Source: Salinivirgaceae bacterium
GTDB lineage: Bacteria > Bacteroidota > Bacteroidia > Bacteroidales > SZUA-534
Assembly (NCBI GenBank): GCA_024405635.1
Contig: JAKSOL010000003.1
Location: 96,001 to 160,000 of the forward strand
Reading direction: 5' to 3'
Length of the DNA stretch: 64,000 bases
Shown here: piece after piece, positions 43,542-53,069 of the stretch
Numbering within the stretch: the first letter of the stretch is position 1
Layout: each line of letters opens with the position of its first letter
Notes under the pieces: model-generated
The model's input: only the letters and a program-made list of their open reading frames with translations
Database searches by the model: none
Told to the model about the DNA's origin: nothing
Position numbers and translations under genes: made by a program

Positions 43542-45338
43542 GTGCAAGAGAAAATAATTGTATTGGATTTTGGTGGACAATATGCTCACCTTATTGCAAA
43601 CAGAGTGCGCCGTTTGGGCGTTTTTACTGAAATTTGTTCTCCAACAGCACCAGTTAGCGAACTGGTAGGAGCAAAGGGCATTATATATAGTGGTGGTCCT
43701 TCAAGTGTTTATGCTGAAGATGCACCAGAGTATAATCCTGAAATTTTGGACATTCCTGTGCCAAAATTGGGAATTTGTTATGGTCACCAACTTATGGCAT
43801 CGCAGCTTGGTGGTTCGGTTCGACCAGGAAAAGTAAAGGAGTATGGCATTGCCGATCTTTTGCTAACAGAACCACAACATCCGCTTTTGAAAGATATTCC
43901 TGCATCGTCGCCAATGTGGATGAGTCATGGCGATGCTGTTGAAAAATTGCCAGAGGGTTACAAAATTATTGCATCGACTAAAGATTGCCCAATTGCCGCT
44001 GTTGCACTTGATAGTCGAAAAATATATGGAATTCAGTTCCATCCCGAAGTAACTCACAGCAAATATGGCATGAAGATTCTTGATAACTTTATTGACATCT
44101 GTGGCTGCCAACGTACTTGGAACATGAAGAGCTACATGCCGCTTATTTCCGAAAAAATTAAAAACGAAGTTGGCAATCGCAAAGTGTTCTTGCTTGTTTC
44201 GGGAGGTGTTGATAGTACAGTTGCTTTTGTGCTCCTAAACAAAGTGCTTGGAACCGACCGTGTTCTTGGCCTTCATATCGACAACGGTATGATGCGTATG
44301 GACGAGAGCCAAAAGATTATTGAGTTTCTTAACGCTTCGGGTATGAACAATCTTCGCGTTGTTGATGCAACCGATTCATTCCTTGGTCGTCTTGAGGGAA
44401 TTACCGCTCCAGAAGAAAAGCGCAAGCGCATTGGTGCAACATTCCTTGTTGTTAAAGATGAGGAAATGGCTAAACTGAACCTCGATCCAAAAGAGTGGAT
44501 GATTGCTCAAGGAACTATTTATCCTGATACTATTGAAAGTGGCGGCACAAAGAATGCCGACCTAATTAAAACCCACCACAACCGTGTGCAAGAGGTGATG
44601 GACTTAATGGCACAAGGACTTCTTCTTGAGCCACTTGCCGACCTTTACAAAGACGAGGTTCGTATGCTTGGCGAGGAACTTGGCATTCCTCACAATCTTG
44701 TATGGCGCCACCCATTTCCAGGCCCAGGCCTTGGCGTGCGCATGCTTTGCACCGATGGCAAAGGCGAATTTGCAACCAATGCCGAAGTGGCAGGTTTGGC
44801 CGAGTATTTGAAAGAAAACAACATTGAAGGCAAAGTGTTGCCAATTAAGAGTGTTGGCGTGCAAGGCGACGGCCGCACATACGCGCAACCATTTTTGCTA
44901 ACAACCAAAAACCTAACATGGAAGCAATGTGAGAAATTTAGCACCGAATTGGTAAACCGTTTTAAGGTGATAAACCGTGTTATTTGGCAAGTTGGCTCGG
45001 TAAGCGACGATGATCCAAAACTTGTTGAGCAATATGCAACCAAAGACAAGTTCGACACCTTGCGCAAGTTTGACAACATTTGCACCGAGTTTTTGCAAGA
45101 GAACAACTTGTACGAGTCAATTTGGCAAATGCCAGTTGTGTTGGTTCCGCTTACAGTACAAGACAAACCTTGCATTGTGATGCGTCCAGTAAACAGCTCG
45201 GAGGCTATGACAGCCAACTTTGCCGAGATTGACCAAAAACTTCTTGAAGGACTTTGGGGCCGCTTTGTAGCCGAAGGCGCAGGTTCGCTTTGGTACGATG
45301 TTACCCACAAGCCTCCAGGCACTATTGAGTGGGAATAG
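43542..45338 (+). CDS. guaA: GMP synthase (glutamine-hydrolysing), long form
   Basis: LDFGGQY, SGGPSSV, LGICYGHQ, QFHPEV, SGGVDS, QGTIYPDTIES, IKTHHN, RHPFPGPGL, KPPGTIEWE. Confidence 0.96.
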   Translation: MQEKIIVLDFGGQYAHLIANRVRRLGVFTEICSPTAPVSELVGAKGIIYSGGPSSVYAEDAPEYNPEILDIPVPKLGICYGHQLMASQLGGSVRPGKVKEYGIADLLLTEPQHPLLKDIPASSPMWMSHGDAVEKLPEGYKIIASTKDCPIAAVALDSRKIYGIQFHPEVTHSKYGMKILDNFIDICGCQRTWNMKSYMPLISEKIKNEVGNRKVFLLVSGGVDSTVAFVLLNKVLGTDRVLGLHIDNGMMRMDESQKIIEFLNASGMNNLRVVDATDSFLGRLEGITAPEEKRKRIGATFLVVKDEEMAKLNLDPKEWMIAQGTIYPDTIESGGTKNADLIKTHHNRVQEVMDLMAQGLLLEPLADLYKDEVRMLGEELGIPHNLVWRHPFPGPGLGVRMLCTDGKGEFATNAEVAGLAEYLKENNIEGKVLPIKSVGVQGDGRTYAQPFLLTTKNLTWKQCEKFSTELVNRFKVINRVIWQVGSVSDDDPKLVEQYATKDKFDTLRKFDNICTEFLQENNLYESIWQMPVVLVPLTVQDKPCIVMRPVNSSEAMTANFAEIDQKLLEGLWGRFVAEGAGSLWYDVTHKPPGTIEWE

Positions 45339-45350
45339 AAGATTTGTGAT

Positions 45351-45376
45351 ATAGAGGCGCCGAAAGGGGCCTCTAT
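45351..45376 (+). terminator. Hairpin after guaA
   Basis: atagaggcgcc-gaaa-ggggcctctat with a GNRA loop and a weak T-tract. Confidence 0.6.
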
Positions 45377-45399
45377 TCGTATTTTGGGGGAATTGCAGA

Positions 45400-45493
45400 A
45401 CGAAAAACATAACCAACTATGGTAAGCAAATACAAAATAAATCTCCCCACAGAAAACGAATTACAAGATTATTTGTCGAAAATTGAAATATAA
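45400..45493 (+). pseudogene. 3'-end relic resembling YhcG/DUF1016 nuclease-like genes
   Basis: (HNQL)/MVSKYKINLPTENELQDYL resembles the SKYxxxLPxxxEL C-terminus of that family. Frameshifted, and the rest of the gene is missing. Confidence 0.4.
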
Positions 45494-45581
45494 ACAAATG
45501 AAAATTAAAGAATTAAAGTAATAAATAGAAATAATTTTAGACTAACATATTATTAATCATAGCGTTTGCTATTTGTTCCAT

Positions 45582-45773
45582 CGAACTGAAACGTAGGAAA
45601 TTTCAAAACTGATGAAGGAATAAAGACAAAAGTGCAAACGTCCGTCATAGGCGGGCGTCTCTTGTCGTTCCTTCTGGTTTCCTACGACCACAGTTCGGGC
45701 AGGTTTCGCCCGTTCTTTATGTCGTAGGTTGTAAGAAGGACATTGGCAATTCGCTTAATAGCAAGTTGCCATG
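45582..45773 (+). ncRNA. Structured RNA leader upstream of the R-M genes (unassigned family)
   Basis: Five nested helices spanning 45582-45697, an alternative pairing with 45721-45740, and a hairpin running into the ATG. G-U pairs favour the + strand. Confidence 0.55.
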
Positions 45774-47831
45774 GCGAAAAGTATTGAAGAAAAAATCGAG
45801 GATATTGCTAAAAAGCAACTCGACAGATTTGGTGTGAAGTATCACATAAAGACGGACAACATAAATAGCGAGATTGACAATGCTCTGCAAAGCGCAAAGT
45901 CAAAGTCGGGAAATGATGGAGGTAACTATCCCGACATCAAGTGTCTGATTCAGTTACCACAAAGTCAGAAGTTTGTTCCTGTAATGATAGAGGTTAAAGG
46001 AACAAAGGGAGATTTCGCAAAAATCGAGGATGGAGAGGTCGCCAATTATGACGATAACGGCAAACCTATTTATAAACACATTAAGAAGTACGCTGTGAAT
46101 GGGGCCGTGCATTATTCGGAAGCCATAGCAAAAATCACTAAATCATATAGCGATGTTATAGCCATCGGATTCAACGGCTTTGATGCGTCGGGAAATGCTG
46201 AGCCGACAACAGAAATGGGTGTATATTATGTGAGCAAATCGAACATGTATTGCCCCAAGAAGGTGGGAGATTACAGCGATTTCTCTTTCTTGAAGGCAGA
46301 AAATGGCTCGATTTTAGAGGAAAGGCTTAACGCCATACTGCTTTCTGACGAGGAAAAGGAACGCCAAACTCGTGAGTTGGAGGATAGAATTGAAAATACC
46401 CTTGCCGAACTTAATCAGGATATGCGAGACAAGATGCGTGTGTCGGAGCCTAAAGATCGATTGAAGTTGGTGTGTGCTTTGATAATGGCAGCTCTTGGCG
46501 TGGAAGGGAAAATTCCGCCTCTTGAAATTGCCGATTTAAGAGGTTTACAAACCGAAGATGACCACGATGGAGCTATTATTTTGCGAAAGATAAAAGTGTT
46601 TTTGAACGAAAAACATATACCACAAGAAAAGCTCGACAATATATATTCGCTCTATAAAGGAATACTGAACGACGCTCTTTATTATCGGGCAATAAACGGC
46701 GAAAGCACGATAAAGACAGCCTTTATTTATGTGAAGGAAGAAATTATGCCAATCTTTACTATGGGAGAGGAAGTGCATATTGATTTTACTGGAAAACTGC
46801 TCAATGTGTTGACAGGTTGGATTACGGAGCGTGCAAGTGATGATGAAAGAAATGATGTTGTGCTTACTCCTCGATATGTTACCGAACTGATGGCAAAGCT
46901 ATGCAAAGTGAACAAGGATAGTTATGTTTGGGACTGGGCGACTGGCAGTGCTGGTTTTCTTGTCTCTGCTATGAAGTTGATGATTGACGATGCCAACAAA
47001 ACAATCCAAAGCGAAGATGAGCGAAAAGCAAAGATTGCAAAGATAAAAGTGGATCAGCTGCTTGGTATAGAGCTTAGGCAGGATATTTATGTTCTTGCCG
47101 TGCTTAATATGATTCTGATGAAAGATGGTTCAAGCCACATCTTGAATAAGGATTCGCTAAATGAATACAACGGAAAATATGAGCAGGGAAAAAATAAAGA
47201 TGATGAGTTCCCTGCCGATGTGTTCCTATTAAATCCTCCCTATTCGGCGGAAGGTAAAGGTTTTGTCTTTGTAGAAAAGGCTTTGAATCGAATGAACAAA
47301 GGTCGTGCGGCTGTGATTATTCAGGAAAATGCAGGAGGTGGCAAAGGCGATGGCTTTACTAAAAACATTTTGAAGCATAGCACATTGTTGGCTTCCATTC
47401 GTATGCCAATAGATTTGTTTATAGGCAAATCGAGTGTGCAGACTGCAATCTATTTGTTCGAGGTGGGGACACCACATGATACAGAGAGTCTTGTTACATT
47501 TGTAGATTTTAGTAATGATGGTTATGCCCGACAGAACCGCAAGAAATCAAACTCTAAAGTGAATTTGAAAGATGTGGATCATGTAAAGGAACGCTATGCA
47601 GAGTTGGTGGATATTGTACTTAATCGTAAGACAAAGACAAACTATTACACTGAGGCGAACGGACTTGTGGTGAAAGATTCCATTTCGCTCGAAGGCAACG
47701 ATTGGACATTCAATCAGCATCGCAAGATTGACACTATGCCAACCGAAGCAGATTTCCGCAAGACTGTTTCAGACTATTTGAGTTGGAAACTCTCAACCAT
47801 CATTAAGGAGGACGCTGCAAATTTTCAGTAA
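45771..47831 (+). CDS. Type IIB/IIG (BcgI-like) fused endonuclease-N6-adenine methyltransferase subunit
   Basis: N-terminal YPD...MIEVKG (PD-ExK), VVLTPRYV, motif I DWATGSAGF, motif IV LLNPPY (gamma order). Confidence 0.85.
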   Translation: MAKSIEEKIEDIAKKQLDRFGVKYHIKTDNINSEIDNALQSAKSKSGNDGGNYPDIKCLIQLPQSQKFVPVMIEVKGTKGDFAKIEDGEVANYDDNGKPIYKHIKKYAVNGAVHYSEAIAKITKSYSDVIAIGFNGFDASGNAEPTTEMGVYYVSKSNMYCPKKVGDYSDFSFLKAENGSILEERLNAILLSDEEKERQTRELEDRIENTLAELNQDMRDKMRVSEPKDRLKLVCALIMAALGVEGKIPPLEIADLRGLQTEDDHDGAIILRKIKVFLNEKHIPQEKLDNIYSLYKGILNDALYYRAINGESTIKTAFIYVKEEIMPIFTMGEEVHIDFTGKLLNVLTGWITERASDDERNDVVLTPRYVTELMAKLCKVNKDSYVWDWATGSAGFLVSAMKLMIDDANKTIQSEDERKAKIAKIKVDQLLGIELRQDIYVLAVLNMILMKDGSSHILNKDSLNEYNGKYEQGKNKDDEFPADVFLLNPPYSAEGKGFVFVEKALNRMNKGRAAVIIQENAGGGKGDGFTKNILKHSTLLASIRMPIDLFIGKSSVQTAIYLFEVGTPHDTESLVTFVDFSNDGYARQNRKKSNSKVNLKDVDHVKERYAELVDIVLNRKTKTNYYTEANGLVVKDSISLEGNDWTFNQHRKIDTMPTEADFRKTVSDYLSWKLSTIIKEDAANFQ

Positions 47832-47877
47832 GCCCTCGTTTGACAAAACTCAAAGAGGATTTTGAGGCAAGCGGGGG
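47804..47877 (+). promoter_or_regulatory. Candidate -1 programmed ribosomal frameshift cassette
   Basis: TAAGGAGG (47804-47811), A AAT TTT (47819-47825) in correct codon phase, and a 10-bp stem (47833-47842/47868-47877). Confidence 0.6.
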
Positions 47878-49060
47878 AGTTTGGAAAGAGTGGAGAATTG
47901 GGGATTTGTTTGACATACACCCGACTAAAGCATACAAGATGACTAATCTTGATTTGTTTAAGAATAAAGGTGATATACCAGTAGTAACAAATTCAAGTGT
48001 AGAAAATGGTATTACCGGATATGTAAATTTGAAACCAACTGAAAAGGGTGGTATTGTTACATATAGTGACACAACTACTGATGAAGGAATATTTTATCAG
48101 CCTTATGATTTTGTTGGGTATTCTCATGTTCAAGGTGTTTATCCGTTGAAAACCTATAATTGGAATGAGGACAAGCTTTTGTATTTTGTTTCATTATTCA
48201 AGAAATCTGCAAAAGGTCGTTTTGATTATGCTAGCAAATTCAATAGAGCAATAGCAAAAGAAATGCTTGTGAATCTTCCAACATTCAATGGCGAGCCATC
48301 CTATTTCTACATGGAACAATACATCTCTTTGTTAGAAAAAGAAAAGATGCTTCAAGTGGATAAATTCCTAAAAGATTCTGGCTTGAATGATACCACACTT
48401 ACTGTCGAAGAAACAGCTGCACTTGAAAAGTTTAGAAATGGAGAGGTGAAGTTTGTGGAGAGGAAGATAGGGGATTTGTTTGAAAAAGTCAAGTTAGGGA
48501 TTAGTAATCCTAATTTTAATAAAAAAACTGATTTGTCTGCTTGCAAAGATTTAGAACACCCAATTCCTGTGATAAATGCAAAAATTGGAGATAATGGAAT
48601 AATGTATTGGGCAAAGCAAGGAGATTTTGAGACTATTTCAAAGTGTATAGATGTTATTCAAAATGGAGCAATTGCTACAGGAAAAGTATATGCTCAACCT
48701 CAAGAAACAGGCGTGTTGTGGGATTCTTATTTGATTAAACATGTTAAAACAACTTTAGAAGATGAACAACTTTTTTTCTTTGCGACAGTCATAGAAAAAT
48801 CAATACGATTAAAATTTTATTATGATTGTAAGGCTTACTGGAATGAAGTAAAAGAAGAATTTATTATGTTGCCTTGTACTCTTGATAATGACATCGACTA
48901 CACCTTTATGCAACACTTTATATCGGCTTGGGAGAAGTTGGTGATGAGAGGTGTGGTAAAGTATAAGGACGAGATGTTGAATGCTTATGACAAAGCATTA
49001 GATTTTGCTGTGGCAGCTGAGCAAATGTTAAATTATGGACAAAAATCAGAATTTTTATAA
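47840..49060 (+). CDS. Restriction-modification specificity (S) subunit with two TRDs
   Basis: Internal duplication WKEWRIGDLF / FVERKIGDLF and PSYFYMEQYISLLEK / IDYTFMQHFISAWEK. The frame is open from 47807, and only a TTG start precedes the first conserved block. Confidence 0.85.
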   Translation: MTKLKEDFEASGGVWKEWRIGDLFDIHPTKAYKMTNLDLFKNKGDIPVVTNSSVENGITGYVNLKPTEKGGIVTYSDTTTDEGIFYQPYDFVGYSHVQGVYPLKTYNWNEDKLLYFVSLFKKSAKGRFDYASKFNRAIAKEMLVNLPTFNGEPSYFYMEQYISLLEKEKMLQVDKFLKDSGLNDTTLTVEETAALEKFRNGEVKFVERKIGDLFEKVKLGISNPNFNKKTDLSACKDLEHPIPVINAKIGDNGIMYWAKQGDFETISKCIDVIQNGAIATGKVYAQPQETGVLWDSYLIKHVKTTLEDEQLFFFATVIEKSIRLKFYYDCKAYWNEVKEEFIMLPCTLDNDIDYTFMQHFISAWEKLVMRGVVKYKDEMLNAYDKALDFAVAAEQMLNYGQKSEFL

Positions 49061-49131
49061 ACTTGTCTTCAAAACCTTCTCTACTGAAAACTTTTGTGCG
49101 TTTTTGAAAAAGACGCCCACTCACTAACAAC

Positions 49132-49166
49132 CAAATCGTGTCGAAACACTCGGCACGATTTGCTTT
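49132..49166 (+). terminator. Hairpin closing the R-M operon
   Basis: 13-bp stem caaatcgtgtcga / tcggcacgatttg followed by cttt. Confidence 0.55.
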
Positions 49167-49282
49167 ACAATATCTCTGTCCTTTTAGGTTGTTAACTTTC
49201 CGATGATAAAAATAGTTTTCGGAATAAAAATAATACCAAAGAATTGGTTTTCTTTGCTCATTGAAAGTAACGGCAAAAATGA

Positions 49283-49759
49283 ATGGACAACAATTCGAGA
49301 ATAGACGCGCTTGACAGAAAGATTTTATCGATAATATCGAAGGATGCGCGCACGCCATTCCTTGAGGTGGCTCGAGAGTGCGGAGTGTCTGGTGCTGCCA
49401 TACACCAACGTGTTCAAAAGCTTGTCAACATGGGCGTTATTATAGGCTCGGAGTTCATTGTTAGTCCTCAAAGCATGGGATACAAAACATGCGCTTTTGT
49501 GGGCATCAACCTAAAAAAGGCTTGTCTTTATCAAGACATAGCCGAAGAGTTGGCCAAAATACCGGAGATAATTGAATGCCACTACGTTACCGGCAACTAC
49601 TCGCTCTTTATTAAAGTGATGGCACACGATAACGAGCACTTGCGAAAGATACTATCAGACAAGTTGCAACGACTCGATATTGTGGAGCGCACTGAGACCA
49701 TCATCTCGCTTGAGGAGAGTTTCCGCCGACAATTCCCAATCGATTTAGCAGAACAATAA
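49283..49759 (+). CDS. asnC: Lrp/AsnC family regulator
   Basis: IDALDRKIL...[33 protein letters not shown]. Confidence 0.9.
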   Translation: MDNNSRIDALDRKILSIISKDARTPFLEVARECGVSGAAIHQRVQKLVNMGVIIGSEFIVSPQSMGYKTCAFVGINLKKACLYQDIAEELAKIPEIIECHYVTGNYSLFIKVMAHDNEHLRKILSDKLQRLDIVERTETIISLEESFRRQFPIDLAEQ

Positions 49760-49788
49760 ATACAAAACATAATCTAACTTTAAGTAAA

Positions 49789-51069
49789 ATGAATAAGGAC
49801 AACGAGATTTTCTCACTTATTGACAAAGAATACGCCCGCCAAAAACGTGGCATTGAGATGATTGCATCTGAAAACTTTGTGAGCGACCAAGTAATGCAAG
49901 CAATGGGTTCGTGCCTCACAAACAAATACGCCGAAGGTTACCCAGGCAAACGCCACTATGGTGGTTGCGAGGTTGTTGACGAGGTTGAAACTCTTGCTAT
50001 TGAGCGCTTGAAAAAGATTTATGGTGCTGAATATGCAAACGTACAACCACACTCGGGCGCACAAGCCAATGCAGCTGTGTTGCTTTGCGTACTTAATCCA
50101 GGCGATAAATTCATGGGCCTTGACCTTTCGCATGGTGGTCACCTTTCACACGGTTCGCATGTTAACACATCGGGTATGATTTACACTCCATGTGCATATC
50201 ACTTGAACAAAGAAACTGGCCGTGTTGATTACGACGAGATGGAAGAAGTTGCAATGCGCGAAAAACCAAAATTGATTATTGGTGGTGGTTCAGCATACAG
50301 TCGTGAATGGGATTATGCTCGTATGCGTAAGATTGCTGATGCTTGTGGCGCTTTGCTTATGGTTGACATGGCTCACCCAGCAGGTTTAATTGCAGCAGGT
50401 TTGCTTGACAACCCAGTTAAATATGCCGACATTGTTACCTCTACAACACACAAAACACTTCGTGGCCCACGTGGTGGTATTATTCTTATGGGTAAAGATT
50501 TTGAGAACCCATGGGGCAAGGCTACCAAAAAAGGTAAAATCCGCACAATGGGTAGCTTGTTGAATTCGGCAGTGTTCCCAGGTCAACAAGGTGGACCACT
50601 TGAGCATGTAATTGCAGCAAAAGCAGTTGCATTTGGCGAGGCTCTTACACCAGAGTTCAAAACATACCAAGAACAAGTTAAAAAGAACGCTGCAGCTTTG
50701 GCTAAAGCAATGACCGACAAAGGTTTCTTTATTATCTCTGGCGGTACCGATAACCACTCAATGTTGGTTGACTTGCGTCCAAAATATGCTGATTTGACAG
50801 GTAAAGTTGCTGAAAAAGCACTTGTTGCAGCCGACATTACCGTAAATATGAACCTTGTTCCATTCGATACTCGTAGCGCAATGGAAACCAGCGGTTTGCG
50901 TCTAGGTACCCCAGCCATCACAACTCGTGGTTTGAAAGAGGCTGATATGGTTACAATTACCGATATGATTGACCGTGTTCTTGCTGACCCAGAGAACGAG
51001 AGTGTAATTGCTGCAGTTCGCAAAGAGGTTAACGCAATGATGGAACCACGTCCAATGTTTGCTTGGTAG
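49789..51069 (+). CDS. glyA: Serine hydroxymethyltransferase
   Basis: [52 protein letters not shown]. Confidence 0.98.
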   Translation: MNKDNEIFSLIDKEYARQKRGIEMIASENFVSDQVMQAMGSCLTNKYAEGYPGKRHYGGCEVVDEVETLAIERLKKIYGAEYANVQPHSGAQANAAVLLCVLNPGDKFMGLDLSHGGHLSHGSHVNTSGMIYTPCAYHLNKETGRVDYDEMEEVAMREKPKLIIGGGSAYSREWDYARMRKIADACGALLMVDMAHPAGLIAAGLLDNPVKYADIVTSTTHKTLRGPRGGIILMGKDFENPWGKATKKGKIRTMGSLLNSAVFPGQQGGPLEHVIAAKAVAFGEALTPEFKTYQEQVKKNAAALAKAMTDKGFFIISGGTDNHSMLVDLRPKYADLTGKVAEKALVAADITVNMNLVPFDTRSAMETSGLRLGTPAITTRGLKEADMVTITDMIDRVLADPENESVIAAVRKEVNAMMEPRPMFAW

Positions 51070-51093
51070 TAGGAATCATTTTACCTCATAAAT

Positions 51094-51128
51094 AAAAAAC
51101 GCTCAACCAAAAGGTTGGGCGTTTTTTT
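51094..51128 (+). terminator. Terminator after glyA
   Basis: aacgctcaacc-aaaa-ggttgggcgtt followed by a T-run. Confidence 0.85.
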
Positions 51129-51297
51129 GTGTACTTAGTAGAGTTGAGGTGCGTACTTGTTATGTGCTACTGAAGCGTGCCAATTGTAATAGATAAATAG
51201 GGGATAAGTATCGACAATTGGTTTTGATATAGCCAAAGCACTATTATATATTTGCTGAACTACGAAAAATGAAAAAACATTACATAAATAAACTACT

Positions 51298-52152
51298 ATG
51301 AAAAAACTATTTACAATGCTTATGCTTATGGGCGGGATGCTAGTAAGCAAGGCGCAAATGCCAGAGAGTTTTGATATTGATCTTTGGCAAAATGGTTTGC
51401 CAAACACAAATGGCATCGACCATCAACCCTACAATGCAGAACAACGAAATTTTAAACCAAGTATCCGCGTGTTTTTGCCAGAGGAAGGTAATCGAAATGG
51501 CAAAGCAATTCTTGTTTGTCCTGGTGGCGGTTATCGTGTGTTGTCGTTAGCACAAGAGGGTTACGATTGGGCAAAAGAGTTTGTGCCACAAGGCATTGCA
51601 ACCATAGTGCTTAGCTACCGTATGCCAAACGGAAACAAAGAGGTGCCTATGAGCGATGCAAAAGAGGCAATGCGCATTATTCGCGAAAATGCCGAAAAAT
51701 GGGGCATCGACCCACAAAAGGTTGGTATTCTTGGTTCGTCGGCAGGTGGCCACTTGGCTTCAACCATTGCAACTCATAGCGACGAAGCAACTCGTCCAAA
51801 CTTCCAAATTCTGTTCTATCCAGTTATTTCAATGGATAAGTCAATTACCCACATGGATTCGCATAACTGTTTCTTGGGCGAGAATGCAACTGCCGAACAA
51901 GAGCAAGAATACAGCAACCACCTTCAAGTAAACAGCCAAACTCCCCCTGCCATCATTCTTTTGTCCGACGACGATTTTCTTGTTCCACCAGCAAACTCAG
52001 CAGAATATTACCTTGCTCTAAAAAAAGCAAAAGTAAAGGCTTCGATGCACGTTTATCCTTCGGGAGGACATGGTTGGGGTTGCGGCAAATTTTTCCGCTA
52101 TAACAAAGAAATGATGCAAGATTTGCAAATTTGGATTAACCAATTGCCATAA
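51298..52152 (+). CDS. Secreted alpha/beta-hydrolase esterase (acetylxylan/feruloyl esterase-like)
   Basis: Signal peptide, CPGGGY, GSSAGG nucleophile elbow, DD..V, GGHGWG. Confidence 0.85.
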   Translation: MKKLFTMLMLMGGMLVSKAQMPESFDIDLWQNGLPNTNGIDHQPYNAEQRNFKPSIRVFLPEEGNRNGKAILVCPGGGYRVLSLAQEGYDWAKEFVPQGIATIVLSYRMPNGNKEVPMSDAKEAMRIIRENAEKWGIDPQKVGILGSSAGGHLASTIATHSDEATRPNFQILFYPVISMDKSITHMDSHNCFLGENATAEQEQEYSNHLQVNSQTPPAIILLSDDDFLVPPANSAEYYLALKKAKVKASMHVYPSGGHGWGCGKFFRYNKEMMQDLQIWINQLP

Positions 52153-52200
52153 AAACCGAAACTATCTTTTGCAACAAAGTTGGTTTGTCAAAAAAATTGT

Positions 52201-52241
52201 AAACAGAGAGTTGGTAGTGTTCTGCCAACTCTCTGTTTTTT
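52201..52241 (+). terminator. Terminator after the esterase gene
   Basis: aaacagagagttggtag / ctgccaactctctgttt followed by a T-run. Confidence 0.8.
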
Positions 52242-52262
52242 ATGTAGCCTTTTAAACTCCAA

Positions 52263-53015
52263 ATGAAACTGACATACATTTTTCACAGCGGTTTTGCTTT
52301 AGAAACCAACCATTGTGTTTTGATATTTGACTATTGGACCGACCCCGCAAATGTGGTGCCGCAGTTGATAAACGTAAATAAGCCCATGTATGTGTTTGCT
52401 AGCCATTTTCACGAAGATCATTTTTCAAAAAACATATTCGAGTGGCGAAAGTTGAAAACAGACATAACTTATGTTCTTTCAAAAGATATTTTGAAGCATA
52501 AACGAGCACAACAAACCGATGCCAAAGTATGGATGGTGAAAGGCGATGTGTGGGAAGATGAAAATTTGAAGGTTACAGCAACCGGAAGCAACGACTGCGG
52601 AGTTAGTTGGGTAATAAATATCAACGGCAAAAGCATTTTCCACGCAGGCGATTTGTGCAACTGGTATGCCAGGTTTCTTGCCGATGAAATACCAGCAGAA
52701 TCGGTGTATAGCAAAATGTTAGGCAAAAATGTGAACCCAGTTATTGAGGAAAAACGATTTCTTGGCGAATTGAAAGATTTACGAAAAGTAACCCAATCAT
52801 TCGACCTTGCAATGTTTCCTGTCGATGGGCGAATAGGAAACGGTTATACACGCGGAGCTCGTCAGTTTATTGAAAGATTTAAAGTGAAAATGTTTGTACC
52901 AATGCATTTTGAGGCTAGTGGTTTTGAGTCGGCTTGGCGCATGGAACCTTTTTGCCAAGAAAGTGAAATTGCATTTTGGAAAATTAAAGAAGTGGGCGAA
53001 ACTGTTGATATTTAA
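52263..53015 (+). CDS. MBL-fold metallo-hydrolase
   Basis: YIFHSGF, ASHFHEDH, FHAGDL, PMHF. Confidence 0.85.
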   Translation: MKLTYIFHSGFALETNHCVLIFDYWTDPANVVPQLINVNKPMYVFASHFHEDHFSKNIFEWRKLKTDITYVLSKDILKHKRAQQTDAKVWMVKGDVWEDENLKVTATGSNDCGVSWVININGKSIFHAGDLCNWYARFLADEIPAESVYSKMLGKNVNPVIEEKRFLGELKDLRKVTQSFDLAMFPVDGRIGNGYTRGARQFIERFKVKMFVPMHFEASGFESAWRMEPFCQESEIAFWKIKEVGETVDI

Positions 53016-53069
53016 CAAAATACATCGCTTATATTTGTGCATATACTAAACCAAATAAAATTATCGTAA

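Noticed and set aside
44690-45322. 210-aa antisense ORF within guaA, and the many other short antisense or overlapping ORFs in the track
   Set aside because: They are shadows of well-supported genes, with no recognisable motifs or independent expression signals.
45771-49060. Incomplete Type I R-M system lacking hsdR
   Set aside because: The methylase carries its own N-terminal PD-ExK nuclease motif, which fits Type IIB/IIG rather than an orphan hsdM-hsdS pair.
43251-49280. Island integrated at tRNA-Asp or at the guaA 3' end with an att duplication
   Set aside because: No second copy of the tRNA 3' end or the guaA 3' end, and no integrase, was seen in this interval.
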